The notes under the pieces were generated by a model that did not search any database, was not told the DNA's origin, and was given only the letters and a program-made list of their open reading frames with translations. A stretch of 64,000 bases of DNA from Longimicrobiales bacterium (GTDB taxonomy: Bacteria > Gemmatimonadota > Gemmatimonadetes > Longimicrobiales > Gaopeijiaceae): contig CBDFIQ010000002.1 of assembly GCA_965248195.1 (NCBI GenBank), forward strand, positions 1,568,001 through 1,632,000, in the 5' to 3' direction. A program made the position numbers and the translations under genes. Positions 40,218 through 50,330 of this stretch are shown in pieces; position 1 is the first letter of the stretch; every line of letters starts with the position of its first letter.

Positions 40218-41969
40218 TCACTTGTACATGGTTTGACGTTTGGTTCCGGGTGACCATTCACCAGGGTCCACCCAGATATTGATGACCGCAGATTTGCCGG
40301 AAGTTTTCACGGCTTCCCGCGCGCGTTGCAGCGAAGGTTGGATCTCCGCGGAGTCTCGAACTTCTTCGCCGTATCCGCCGAGCATCTCGGCGAACTTGGA
40401 GAAAGGCACGTTGCCCAGGAGATTGCCGACGTTGCCGCGCTCCTCGCCGTACTTGGCCAATTGCCCGTAACGAATCTGATTCATGGCGGAATTGTTGCCG
40501 ATGACCGCGACGTACGGCGCACCGAATCGATTGGCCGTCTCCATATCGAAAGCAGTCATCCCGAAAGAGCCGTCGCCGTAGTAGCAAAGGACCTCTTTCT
40601 CGGGATGCACCAGCTTCGAGGCCAGCGCGAAACCGGTGCCGACACCCAGGCCGCCCAGCGCGCCCGGATCCATCCAGTTGCCCGGCGCTCGGGGCTGAAC
40701 CGCCTGGGCGCTGATGGTGACCACATCGCCTCCGTCGCCAATGTAGATGGTGTCCTCGGTGAGGAACTCGTTCAGCTCCCACGCGACGCGATATGGATGG
40801 ATGGGGTTTGCGTCCGACAAAAAGAGCGGCATCAGCTTTTCCGTCTTCTGCAGCTCGATGGCCCGCAATTGCTCGAGCCACTTCTTGCGGCCCTTGGCCC
40901 CGTTGTCCGCGAGACCGGTGGTCGCGTCGTGCACGGCCTTCAGGATCGCGCCGGGATCACCGACGAGCCCGAGCGAAACGTCGCGGTTCTTCGCGACAGT
41001 CCTGTAATCCATGTCGATGTGCACGACCGTGGCTTCAGCACTCAGTCGTCGGCCGTAGCCCATCCGGAAATCGAACGGCGTGCCGACGATAACGATGACG
41101 TCGGCTTCCTTGAAAGCATCGCCGCGGGTGCGGTGGAAATAGTAGGGATCGCCCGGCGGGAGGATTCCGCGCGAAGCGCCGTTCATGTAGCCCGGGATAT
41201 TCAGACCTTTCAGGAGCGCAATGGCCTCTTCGTGGCCGCGGCAGGTCCACACCTGGGTGCCCAGTAGCATGGCTGGTCGTTCGGACTTGACCAGGATCTC
41301 CGCCAGCTTCTCGATATCGTCGGGATCGCCGATGGCCTTCGTGGAGGCCCGATAGTGGCCGGCCTTCGGGATGACGGCGTCGGCCAGGGAGACCTCGCGA
41401 TCCAGGACATCGCGGGGAATCTCCAGATAGCTCGGCCCCGGCGCGCCGGCAAAGCACTCCCTGGCTGCCATGGCTATCATGTCCGGGATTCTCTCCGTGG
41501 ATCGCACGCTCGCGGAGAACTTGGTAATCGGCGCGGCGATGTCCACGTGGGGCAGATCCTGGAGCGACCCCATCTTGTGCTGCGAAAGGGCTCCCTGTCC
41601 GCCGATATGCAGTACCGGACTCTCGGATCGGAACGCCGTTGCGATGCCAGTGAGCGCATTGGTAAAGCCGGGGCCCGCCGTGGTGATCACGCAGCCCAAA
41701 CGGCCGGTCTGGCGGGCGTAGCCGTCCGCAGCATGGGCCGCCACCTGCTCGTGGCGCACATCGATGATGCGAATGTCGTTGTCGATACACCCGTCATACG
41801 TGTCGATGATGTGCCCACCGCAGAGCGTGAAGATCGTATCGATCCCCTCGTTCTTGAGTGCGGCGGCCACCAGATGGCCGCCGGAAATGACGTCGGCGTC
41901 CTTGCTCTTTCTCGCAAGGGTATCTTCCGCCGTCGTGGTTGTCGCTTTTTCCGCGGTGACGCTTGCCAT
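40218..41969 (-). CDS. oxc: ThDP-dependent oxalyl-CoA decarboxylase / 2-hydroxyacyl-CoA lyase-like enzyme
   Basis: RHEQVAAHAADGYAR and GDGSFG...NN ThDP motif; directly upstream of frc; start at Met61 of the track ORF with GGGAG RBS. Confidence 0.72.
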   Translation of the reverse strand: MASVTAEKATTTTAEDTLARKSKDADVISGGHLVAAALKNEGIDTIFTLCGGHIIDTYDGCIDNDIRIIDVRHEQVAAHAADGYARQTGRLGCVITTAGPGFTNALTGIATAFRSESPVLHIGGQGALSQHKMGSLQDLPHVDIAAPITKFSASVRSTERIPDMIAMAARECFAGAPGPSYLEIPRDVLDREVSLADAVIPKAGHYRASTKAIGDPDDIEKLAEILVKSERPAMLLGTQVWTCRGHEEAIALLKGLNIPGYMNGASRGILPPGDPYYFHRTRGDAFKEADVIVIVGTPFDFRMGYGRRLSAEATVVHIDMDYRTVAKNRDVSLGLVGDPGAILKAVHDATTGLADNGAKGRKKWLEQLRAIELQKTEKLMPLFLSDANPIHPYRVAWELNEFLTEDTIYIGDGGDVVTISAQAVQPRAPGNWMDPGALGGLGVGTGFALASKLVHPEKEVLCYYGDGSFGMTAFDMETANRFGAPYVAVIGNNSAMNQIRYGQLAKYGEERGNVGNLLGNVPFSKFAEMLGGYGEEVRDSAEIQPSLQRAREAVKTSGKSAVINIWVDPGEWSPGTKRQTMYK

Positions 41970-42187
41970 GGGATGCTCCCGGTAGACTTTTCTCAGGTCA
42001 GTTAATCCAAGGACGGCTAACGCACGAGGCACCATATTGCGCCGTAGACCATTAGCAGGCAATCTCCGCAAGGCCAAGGGCTGTCGAACACGAAGGACTC
42101 GCGAGTGCGGCGATCGCTTGGTTTGAAGCACACCCGCGGGGCTAGACACCGCCGATCTAGCTCAGCGTCACGTCACTGGAGAGGACT

Positions 42188-42982
42188 ATGCGATTCGCGC
42201 TTATGATATTCGCCGTCGGGTTTCTGCCGGGGGTCGTCTTGGCCCAGGCGACGGACGCCGTGTTTCTCGGGGAGCTCACCTGGACCGAGGTGCGCGACGC
42301 GCTCGCTGCCGGCAGCACAACGGTGATCATCCCGACTGGTGGGACCGAGCAGAACGGGCCCCACATGGTGCTGGGAAAGCACAACTACCTCGTTCGCTAC
42401 AAAGCAGGAGAGGTCGCTCGGCGTCTGGGAAACGCGCTGGTGGCCCCGGTCATGGCGTATGTACCCGAGGGGGACGTGGATCCGCCGAGCGGACACATGC
42501 GCTTTCCCGGCACGATCACGACCCCGCCAGAGGTGTTCGAGCAGGTGCTGGAGTTCGCGGCTCGAAGCTTCAGACAGCACGGGTTCCTCGACATCGCGTT
42601 GCTCGGTGACAGCGGGGGCAATCAAGCGTCGCAGGCCGCTGTGGCTGAGCGACTCAACCAGGAGTGGGCGGCCACGCCGGTCCGCGTGCATCACCTGACG
42701 GACTTCTATCCCGGTCCGGGCGACGCCTGGCTTGTCACGCAGGGCGAACGCGAGGAGGACGTCGGCTCCCACGCCGGCATGCACGACACCGCCAGCCTCA
42801 TGTTCCTCAACCCGGCCTTGCTGCGGCTCGACGAGCTGGGGCCCGGCACGGGCGGCGACGGCAACGGCGTCAACGGAAACCCGGCCCGCTCCACGGCGGC
42901 GTACGGAGAGCAGATCCTGGAGATGCAGATCGACGCTGCCGTTCGCCAGATACGCACGCTTCGCGAACGCAGCCGGCGATAA
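42188..42982 (+). CDS. creatininase family amidohydrolase with signal peptide
   Basis: LTWTEV, GGTEQNGPH, GDSGGN, HAGMHDT. Confidence 0.85.
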   Translation: MRFALMIFAVGFLPGVVLAQATDAVFLGELTWTEVRDALAAGSTTVIIPTGGTEQNGPHMVLGKHNYLVRYKAGEVARRLGNALVAPVMAYVPEGDVDPPSGHMRFPGTITTPPEVFEQVLEFAARSFRQHGFLDIALLGDSGGNQASQAAVAERLNQEWAATPVRVHHLTDFYPGPGDAWLVTQGEREEDVGSHAGMHDTASLMFLNPALLRLDELGPGTGGDGNGVNGNPARSTAAYGEQILEMQIDAAVRQIRTLRERSRR

Positions 42983-43055
42983 CGTCAACCGACTAATGGC
43001 TCCCCTGGTGGTGGGTGCGCCCGCGTTATTGCTCTGGCGGGACCAACGGCAATAA

Positions 43056-43415
43056 CTATCGGGCCTCGCCGTGGCGCCCCTCCGCTGGAGCCGACGCCGA
43101 AACCGGCGTGAAACCGCGGTTCAACACGCTTCTTCGTAGCCATGCGTTCCCTTGGGCACCGATCCAGATCAGCACACCGACCGTAAGGACCAGGTGGACC
43201 ACAATTCCCGCCTCCGCCATGAAATCGATGAAAATCTCGGGTATCAGCTGGAGCGACAGCTCGAGCGCGAGCAAAGCAAAGCCCAAGAGGAACATCCCCT
43301 TCCTCCATGCCCATAAGGGTCCGAAGACGAAGGCTGGCCAGGAGAAACCATTCTTGATGATTTCGCGTCGTCCATCGGGGTGTTCATAAACACTGTGCGT
43401 CGTGCTCGTTTCCAC
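43056..43415 (-). CDS. DUF2628 membrane protein
   Basis: KNGFSWPAFVFGPLWA, GAQGNAW. Confidence 0.78.
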   Translation of the reverse strand: METSTTHSVYEHPDGRREIIKNGFSWPAFVFGPLWAWRKGMFLLGFALLALELSLQLIPEIFIDFMAEAGIVVHLVLTVGVLIWIGAQGNAWLRRSVLNRGFTPVSASAPAEGRHGEAR

Positions 43416-43678
43416 AGGTCAGGCTCCTCCTTCGAGCTCCTCAAGCGCACCGACTTCTCCCGTGTCCCCAACGAATGAGGCTTACTCAAAGCTATACCGC
43501 CGACGCACTAGCTGTGGGAGCTTTACTTGAGGAGCCCCTCGAACGGCCCTTGCTCGACAACCCCACGTTCGGAGCGGGAGCCCGCATGAACCTCGTAGCC
43601 CCGCTGTGGTCGCTTGCGCCATTCCACTCGCGGATGGATGTTGACGTCGATCTGATCCTCCGAAGTGAGGACTGCTCG

Positions 43679-43753
43679 ATGTCCGATGCCGTCTCACGTC
43701 TGAACGCTGGGCTCGAAGGGCGCTACAGGATGCGGCGCGAGGTCGGTGAGGGC
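43679..43753 (+). pseudogene. N-terminal remnant of a Ser/Thr protein kinase
   Basis: MSDAVSRLNAGLEGRYRMRREVGEG stops short inside the Gly-rich loop; GAGGA RBS. Confidence 0.65.
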
Positions 43754-43776
43754 GTCCCCAAGGAGCTTTTTGCCCC

Positions 43777-45732
43777 ATGAGATTGCACTCGGTCACGTTC
43801 GCGTTTGCTGGAAGCCTCCTCTTGGTCGCCTGCGGGCCGGCACAGGAGCAGACCGCTCGATTCCAGATCGAGGAAGCCACGATCGGGGACGTTCAGGCAG
43901 CCATCCTCGGAGGCGACCTGACCTCCACCCAGGTGGTCCAGGCGTACCTGGCCCGCATCAAGGCCTACAACGGGCCCTGCGTCAATGAGCCCCAAGGGAT
44001 CCTCGGACGGATCACCACGATCAAGCGCGCAGGTCGCATCAACGCCCTGATCACCTTGAACCTGAGGCCGGCGCGACGCACCGCCTGGGGGTTCGATGCC
44101 CGTAAGGCGCGCAGCATGACGAATGCCGTCGATGACGACCCGGGCATGCCCGACGCGCTGGAGGTTGCCGAGCAGCAGGACGCCCACTTCGCCTCCACCG
44201 GCAGTCTGATCGGACCGCTGCACGGCGTGGTGATGGCCATCAAGGACCAGTTCGACACGTTCGACATGCGCACCACCGCCGGTGCCGATGCCTTCTACGC
44301 CAACGATCGTCCCCCGCGCGACGGGACGTTCGTCACGCGGCTCCGCGAGGCCGGTGCCATCATCCTGGCCAAGGCGAACATGGGGGAGTACGCCGCTGGG
44401 GGCGTCACGGGCGTGCGGAGCTCTTTCGGGGGCACCAACTGCAACGCGTACGACACCGAACGTGATCCTGGTTCGTCGAGCGGCGGCTCCGGCAACTCGG
44501 TTTCGGCGAACCTGGTCACGTGCGCCATCGGAGAGGAGACGGGCACTTCGGTTCGCGAGCCGGCGAAGAACAACAGCGTCGTTGGGCTTGCACCGACACG
44601 TGAGCTGGTCAGTGCCGACGGGATGATCCAGAGGGGGATCACGACCAGGGTCGGACCCATTTGCCGCACCGTGGAAGACGTGGCCCGCGTGCTCGACGCC
44701 TACGCCGGCTTCGACCCGAACGACGAGCTCACTGCCTTCAGCGTGGGCCGCAAGCCCTCAGAGCCCTATCACTCGTTCGCGAGCGAGACGCGGCTCGACG
44801 GAATACGGATCGGCGTAGTTCGCGAGTACATGAGCAAGGATCTGTTTACCATCGCCGACGCGGAAACCATCGACCTGATAAACAGGGCGATCGAAGACCT
44901 TCGCGCACTCGGCGCCACGATCGTCGACCCCGGCCCGGGGGGAGCTCTGTTTCAGGACGCGGTCGACAAGTACGGACCGGTGTGGCGCAGCAACCTCTTC
45001 GTCGGGCAGTTCTCCGAGCACTTTCCGGAACAGGCCGACCACCTGCCCCTTTTGGTGGACATGTTCTTCGACCCATCCCTCGTGCCCCACGATTCGATCG
45101 GACGGCCGAGCATGAGGAACCTGGGTCCGGCCGGTGGCAATGCCGGTGGCGCCAAATACAACCTCAACACGTATCTCCAGGAGCGCGGGGACGCGAACAT
45201 CCGGAGCGTGACGGACCTGATCGACAAGGCGAATTTCTGGGACGACCCCGTGATCGAGAACCGGAAGGAGAGTCTTCAGAGAGCGGACTCGGCCACGACG
45301 CTCGCGGGTCCGGGCACCCTGCAAAATCGATTCGCCGTTCAAACGATCGTCCTCCAGACCTTCGCGGAGCTCCGCCTGGACGCCGTGGTCTACCCGACGG
45401 GCAACATTCCACCGGCGATCATCACGAGTCCTGAGGAACCCAGAAAGAACGACAGGGGCCCTGGACTGTGGACCTACATCAATAGCAGGGGCTTCCCCGC
45501 GATGACTGTCCCGGCCGGCTTCACCACCCAAATCTACGACCGGGTGCGTGACCTCACCGCGCCTGACAGCACCCGCATGACGGGGCCGGTGGCAGCGGAG
45601 CTTCCCGTCGGGATCGACTTCCTCGCGCGACCCTTCGGTGAGCCGACGCTCTTCCGGATCGCTGCGGCCTACGAGGCTAGGACGAATCACCGCATCCCCC
45701 CACCCGATTTCGGACCTCTTCCGGAGCCGTAA
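43777..45732 (+). CDS. amidase signature family lipoprotein
   Basis: LVAC lipobox; GPLHGVVMAIKD, GSSSGGSG, IGEETGTSVREPA. Confidence 0.92.
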   Translation: MRLHSVTFAFAGSLLLVACGPAQEQTARFQIEEATIGDVQAAILGGDLTSTQVVQAYLARIKAYNGPCVNEPQGILGRITTIKRAGRINALITLNLRPARRTAWGFDARKARSMTNAVDDDPGMPDALEVAEQQDAHFASTGSLIGPLHGVVMAIKDQFDTFDMRTTAGADAFYANDRPPRDGTFVTRLREAGAIILAKANMGEYAAGGVTGVRSSFGGTNCNAYDTERDPGSSSGGSGNSVSANLVTCAIGEETGTSVREPAKNNSVVGLAPTRELVSADGMIQRGITTRVGPICRTVEDVARVLDAYAGFDPNDELTAFSVGRKPSEPYHSFASETRLDGIRIGVVREYMSKDLFTIADAETIDLINRAIEDLRALGATIVDPGPGGALFQDAVDKYGPVWRSNLFVGQFSEHFPEQADHLPLLVDMFFDPSLVPHDSIGRPSMRNLGPAGGNAGGAKYNLNTYLQERGDANIRSVTDLIDKANFWDDPVIENRKESLQRADSATTLAGPGTLQNRFAVQTIVLQTFAELRLDAVVYPTGNIPPAIITSPEEPRKNDRGPGLWTYINSRGFPAMTVPAGFTTQIYDRVRDLTAPDSTRMTGPVAAELPVGIDFLARPFGEPTLFRIAAAYEARTNHRIPPPDFGPLPEP

Positions 45733-45775
45733 CCGCTTCTCGACCCCCTGAGAAACCCTTAGTTTCTGCCGACAA

Positions 45776-45849
45776 CGGGGCGTGGCGCAGCTCGGTAGCG
45801 CGCCTGCTTTGGGAGCAGGAGGTCCCCGGTTCGAATCCGGGCGCCCCGA
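45776..45849 (+). tRNA. tRNA-Pro (TGG)
   Basis: CGGGGCG/CGCCCCG acceptor, CCTGC-TTTGGGA-GCAGG anticodon arm, GGTTCGAATCC. Confidence 0.96.
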
Positions 45850-46055
45850 CTTAGGTAACTGGTTGTTAGTCATGTGGTTATAGCATACGGCTCTGCGATA
45901 TTGTCGGGAGGGGTCTCTATGTTTGACTCAATGTTGGGGCCCGAATTGGGCGGTTATAGGGCGGCTTTGGTCGGGGTTGACCTCAGCTGATCAAGGCGTG
46001 ATCGGGCGGTCTTTGAAGGAACCCAATTCACGGTAAAGTCAGTAGTTAGAGCGGA

Positions 46056-47063
46056 GTGGTCCGGATGGAAATCTCTGTCAGTGAGCTTGAGAAGGTCCCA
46101 TACCTTGTACGCATGCCCACGCACGGGCGAGCGGCGGTACTACGGCCGTTCTTCGAGCCAGAGTCTGGGGAGTGGCACTTCTATCATCCAGTCAGGCCCG
46201 GCGAACTCGGGCGAATTGCCGGAGGTGAACCGGTGGTCGGTAGCTACCTGGCTCGCGATGCCGTGGAACCTCACCGTGATTTTCCGTTCGCCCTCGGCAC
46301 GTTCGTTGTGCGCCATATCTCGTTTCCGCGAGTCGTCGAGGCTCTCGACCGATTGCAGGGTGACGTTTGTCGCTTTGCTGAGGTGCTCGCGAAATACGAC
46401 TTGATCGCGGCGCATCGATCGCACAAGACGTTCGCCGTCGGACAACTCCTCTCGTCGGAGCTCGAGTACCTGTTGCTGGTCATCCGGTCTTCGTACGACC
46501 TGTTGCAGAAGGTCGCGAAGGCTGCATCTGAGGTCGTAAAAAGTGTAGAGGACCCCGGTTCTCGCCTGATCTCTGATCTCCCCGATAGCTTCCGGAAAGT
46601 CGTGATGTCGCACGGCCAGGTTAGGACACAACAGGAGATCGAGTCAAGGTTCAACCTTCCGCCGGAACTCGCAGCTTTCTACGCCGAGGAGGCGCCGGTC
46701 TTTGAGCGACTACGTACTCTCCGCGATTCGATTGCCCATCATGGTGCGAGCCCGCCGACGATCTTCGAGACCGCTGACGGGGCGGCGATCCTGATCGCTG
46801 ACGAACCGTGGAGCCATTTCGACATTTGGTCCGAGCGTCGAGGGGCGTCGGGGCAGCTGGGTTCCGCGAGGGCGCTCTTCGCTCATCTTGTTCAACATAC
46901 TCTAGGTATGACAGCCCGGTACGTGGACGCGTATTCAGCGTGCATTGGAGTGCTCCCTGACATGACCGACGAGCTTCACTACTTCATCCGGCACCCACTA
47001 GGTCACCGATTGGTCGATTTGGAGGCGCTGATTACCTCGCCGTGGGAGGGAGCGGGTGTCTAG
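46056..47063 (+). CDS. hypothetical protein with HEPN RxxxxH motif
   Basis: LRTLRDSIAHHG in a helical C-terminal half; followed directly by an attC-like site. Confidence 0.6.
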   Translation: MVRMEISVSELEKVPYLVRMPTHGRAAVLRPFFEPESGEWHFYHPVRPGELGRIAGGEPVVGSYLARDAVEPHRDFPFALGTFVVRHISFPRVVEALDRLQGDVCRFAEVLAKYDLIAAHRSHKTFAVGQLLSSELEYLLLVIRSSYDLLQKVAKAASEVVKSVEDPGSRLISDLPDSFRKVVMSHGQVRTQQEIESRFNLPPELAAFYAEEAPVFERLRTLRDSIAHHGASPPTIFETADGAAILIADEPWSHFDIWSERRGASGQLGSARALFAHLVQHTLGMTARYVDAYSACIGVLPDMTDELHYFIRHPLGHRLVDLEALITSPWEGAGV

Positions 47064-47064
47064 G

Positions 47065-47170
47065 GTCGGCTACAAGCGATTGCTACTGTCGCGGTAGCCA
47101 TAAGGCTCGCACGTTTCGCTTGCGGTCACGACATTAGCCGCGCAGCGGAATCGCAGAGACGTTAGGCGGC
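47065..47170 (+). other. integron attC-like recombination site
   Basis: Degenerate R'' (GGCT-AC); GCGATTGCTACTGTCGCGG pairs with CCGCGCAGCGGAATCGC leaving two unpaired bases; ends GTTAGGC; lies just after a stop codon. Confidence 0.72.
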
Positions 47171-47188
47171 TCGAGTTTTGGGGGCTTG

Positions 47189-47385
47189 ATGGCTGATACA
47201 TCCTTTCTTTCTCTGATCTCGCATCCCGAGAACGCTCTCTTAGAGTTCAAGAGAAAGTGGCACGATCTGTCCAATCGGTCAGGGAAAGCAGAGTTCACAA
47301 AGGACGTGCTAGCGATGGCGAACGCCGTTACAGAGGGTGAGGTCGCACACATCATCTTTGGAATAGACGACCAGAAGGCAGGAGG
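47189..47385 (+). pseudogene. truncated Schlafen/AlbA_2 domain gene
   Basis: ENALLEFKRKW...KDVLAMANA...IIFGIDD, then similarity ends. Confidence 0.72.
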
Positions 47386-47798
47386 GACAGCCGATCGCGA
47401 TCCAGATCGCTCCGGTGTGCCCAGACGCGTAACTTCGGCCGCACCAGGACTCCCGATTCAAGGCCTTCGAGAACCTCGGTTAGATCAAACGAACAGATGA
47501 ACTCCGCAGGCCCGGAGCCTAGGGGGAGCACCAAGACGTCGATCTGCCGGTCCTCAAACATCTTGTCCACTGCGCTGGCAGAGAGCTTCTTGGCTCGCTT
47601 GCCGAGCTTCCTCGCAAAGTCAGAGGCTCCTTCCGCCAGGGCCTGGCTTCTCTCCTTCAGCTGATCCCAACGGGCTGTCTCTTCGCCTTCGTTTTCAGGA
47701 GCAGGGTCAGTTGGCTTAGCAGGGCGACCGCAGTGGATACACGCAGGGGCGAGATCGGAGACGTCCTTACCGCAATCTTCACACTGAACGAGAGCCAA
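47385..47798 (-). pseudogene. zinc-ribbon domain protein, 3' end apparently truncated
   Basis: MALVQCEDCGKDVSDLAPACIHCGRP; runs head-on into the AlbA_2 fragment. Confidence 0.6.
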
Positions 47799-48114
47799 TC
47801 CGAGCAGTCCGGTTGAGAGTTCGGCGACGCGTGATGATACTTATAGTCTGCGCTGGACTGGCTGGATCACGCAACTGGCTCGCCTTGTGTCCATCGACAC
47901 CGTGTGAGAGGGAAGGGGGGCACCTTTTCGCGATCGCCGCCCTACGTATTCAACATGCGGTTGGGATAAACGGCGCACCTCCCTCTCGGGCCTCAACGCC
48001 AATCGTCTGACCGTTCGTCCTGATCACGATATGATCTCCGTCTTCGTCGTTTGCAGCAGTCAGTCCATCGGCTTCGGAACCTGTCAACGACAATGGGACA
48101 CTCTACGGGATTAA

Positions 48115-49122
48115 TTAGAGAGCAATATCCTGTGTGGTGAGGGAAGGGATGGGAGGATTGATGTAGACGGCCTCCGGGAGCGGTTTGGGCTTCGGCACAC
48201 CTGTGACGAAGCGTTCGGGATGAGCGGCCCATGCTTCGCGGAGCACGGATTTCCTGCCGGCAATGACCTGATCGGCGTTCCCGAAGTGGACCTGCTCGGG
48301 GGTTAGCATCGAGATACCGCCATGGCGGTGCTCGGCATTGTACCAGCGGAAGAACGATCGACACAACGTCTTGGCCTGGCCCTGATCCCCGAACCGCCCG
48401 GGAAACGAGGGATGGTACTTCAAGGTTTTGAACTGAGCCTCGGAAAACGGGTTGTCATCCGACACCTGAGGCCGGCTCAACGAGCGAGTCACGCCGAGGT
48501 CAGCGAGAAGTTGAGCGGTGCATTGGCTCGTCATTGGAGCTCCCCGATCCGAGTGCAGGGTCAGGACCCGGGGCTGGACGCCATGCTTCAGGCAGCTCTG
48601 CTGGATCAACCGGCCGGCCAGGGCCGAGTTCTCCCGGTCCGCCACCATCCAGCCCACGACGTAGCGGCTGTAGATGTCCATGATGACGTAGAGGTAGTAA
48701 TAGCTCCACTTCTTCGGCCCGAGTAGCCGCGTGATATCCCAGGACCACACCTGGTTCGGCGCCGTGGCCATCAACTCGGGCTTCTTGTACTCGGGATGGG
48801 TGCGCTGCGCCCGGCGTTCCTGAACCGGCACCTCGGAGGCCAGAACACGATACATCGTGCGTTCGCTGCACAGGTAGACCTCTTCGTCGAGCAGCGTGGC
48901 CACCACCTCGGCGGGTGAGCGGTCCACGAACCGCTCCGAACACAGCGTGTCGAAGACCTCGCCTCGTTCCGTCTCGCTCAATGCCCGGGCGGGCGTCGGG
49001 CGGGGCTGCCGTTGCCCGGTCGATGGGCCTCGACGACGGTAGAACGTCGATCGGGAGACCTCGAGAGCCGCGCACGCCGGTTTTACACCGACGTGCTTAG
49101 CCAGCTCATCGGCCGCCTTCAA
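48115..49122 (-). CDS. IS3 transposase OrfB
   Basis: Identical translation to 8652-9659. Confidence 0.93.
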   Translation of the reverse strand: MKAADELAKHVGVKPACAALEVSRSTFYRRRGPSTGQRQPRPTPARALSETERGEVFDTLCSERFVDRSPAEVVATLLDEEVYLCSERTMYRVLASEVPVQERRAQRTHPEYKKPELMATAPNQVWSWDITRLLGPKKWSYYYLYVIMDIYSRYVVGWMVADRENSALAGRLIQQSCLKHGVQPRVLTLHSDRGAPMTSQCTAQLLADLGVTRSLSRPQVSDDNPFSEAQFKTLKYHPSFPGRFGDQGQAKTLCRSFFRWYNAEHRHGGISMLTPEQVHFGNADQVIAGRKSVLREAWAAHPERFVTGVPKPKPLPEAVYINPPIPSLTTQDIAL

Positions 49123-49568
49123 GAGTTCGTCCCGTCGTCGAGGCTTATCCCCAGCAGCCCCGCAACTTTTCCCTGCACGTCGATGATCAGGTGTGCCTTC
49201 CTGAGCTCATTCTCGAGCCGTGCGTTTTGCCGCTCCAGCTTGCGTACCTTCTCATCCAGCGGATTCCGCTCCGGCTTGCGGCCGCGTTTCTTCGACAGGG
49301 CCTTCAGCGACCCGCTATGCGCCGCCTTGCGCCACGTCGTCAGGTGCGACGAGTACAGGCCCTCGCGCCGCAGGAGCTGACCCACCTCGCCGGGCTCGGT
49401 GCACCGGTCCGCTTCTTCGACGATCCGCAGCTTGTACGATGGACTGAACCGCCGGCGTAGCGGCCTATCTACTACCTCCGGGTCCGCAGGAGCTGCCGCG
49501 CTTCGCTTGGCCTCCCCGATTCCAGGGGCACTACCATTCTCTTCCATTCTCTCTCGCAGTCCCAACAT
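49119..49568 (-). CDS. IS3 transposase OrfA
   Basis: Identical translation to 9656-10105. Confidence 0.88.
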   Translation of the reverse strand: MLGLRERMEENGSAPGIGEAKRSAAAPADPEVVDRPLRRRFSPSYKLRIVEEADRCTEPGEVGQLLRREGLYSSHLTTWRKAAHSGSLKALSKKRGRKPERNPLDEKVRKLERQNARLENELRKAHLIIDVQGKVAGLLGISLDDGTNS

Positions 49569-49762
49569 GTTCGTTTTCTCTGCCTTCGCCCTACTCTAAT
49601 TCTTTGCGTGCTCCGTGTCTCACGTACGTTGGCAGAGAGGGGTGGGCGCAAGCAGGAATGGCGTGATTACCTTTTGTCTCCCTTGCAGCCAACGGGCAAG
49701 TAGACTGATACACTCACCCCGGCCGAAAGCAAAACCCTAGCCCTCAACAAGGAGTATCACCC

Positions 49763-49880
49763 ATGCCCATTACCGATAGCGAGAAGGCCCGACGCCGACG
49801 CCTGCTTAAAGCCCACTATGATGTTGAGAACAGCCACGACATGAGCGGTATTATGGCGACCTTCTCACCCGATGGTGACC
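49763..49880 (+). pseudogene. 5' remnant of a SnoaL/NTF2-like (ester cyclase) gene
   Basis: AAGGAG RBS, then MPITDSEKARRRRLLKAHYDVENSHDMSGIMATFSPDG, then loss of pattern. Confidence 0.55.
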
Positions 49881-50330
49881 GGACGCATCCAGTAAGGGCG
49901 CCCGTTCTGTTATTCTTAGGCACCTAGACTTGACCCTCTGCTCCAAGATCAGGGGTCCGTTGGCTCAGACATTGGGTTACCGGCCTAACTGTGTCAGTTG
50001 ATGTGTCGGTCTGAAGCGTATTCAGAACTTCCTGTGACGTTTGGGGGAGGGACGACGGTCTACCCGGTAAGCTCCTGGGCCACCCGCTATTCCAGCCAGA
50101 GGTCGCCGAAGCGTTTCACCGCGGCCTTGAACCCGGGACCTCCTGCTATGTCAACAGGAGGTGTCAATCTGGTCCACCGGTATCTGAACAGTTGAATACC
50201 CTTGCTCGGTCTCCCCGGATTAAGATTAGGGGGGCGGAGCATCCGACGCGGAGTCTCGGGGTACTGCTGGACCGGAGTAGGTGTTGGGGGGTAGGCGCGA
50301 CGATACTGACTGTTGCTTTGGAGGGGCGTT

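Larger units (their letters stand above)
48074..49640 (-). mobile_element. IS3-family insertion sequence, copy 2
   Basis: Proteins and ends identical to copy 1 (offset 39463); IRs at 48082-48101 and 49615-49634; flanks GCT/GGT not duplicated. Confidence 0.93.

Noticed and set aside
42060..42080. Sigma-54 promoter upstream of the oxc-like gene
   Set aside because: TTGGC...TTGC spacing does not fit GG-N10-GC
8611..49640. Composite transposon bounded by the two identical IS3 copies
   Set aside because: Copy 1 has its own GAT duplication and interrupts a single gene, and the interval holds core genes (hemC, rph, lpxH). These are independent insertions.
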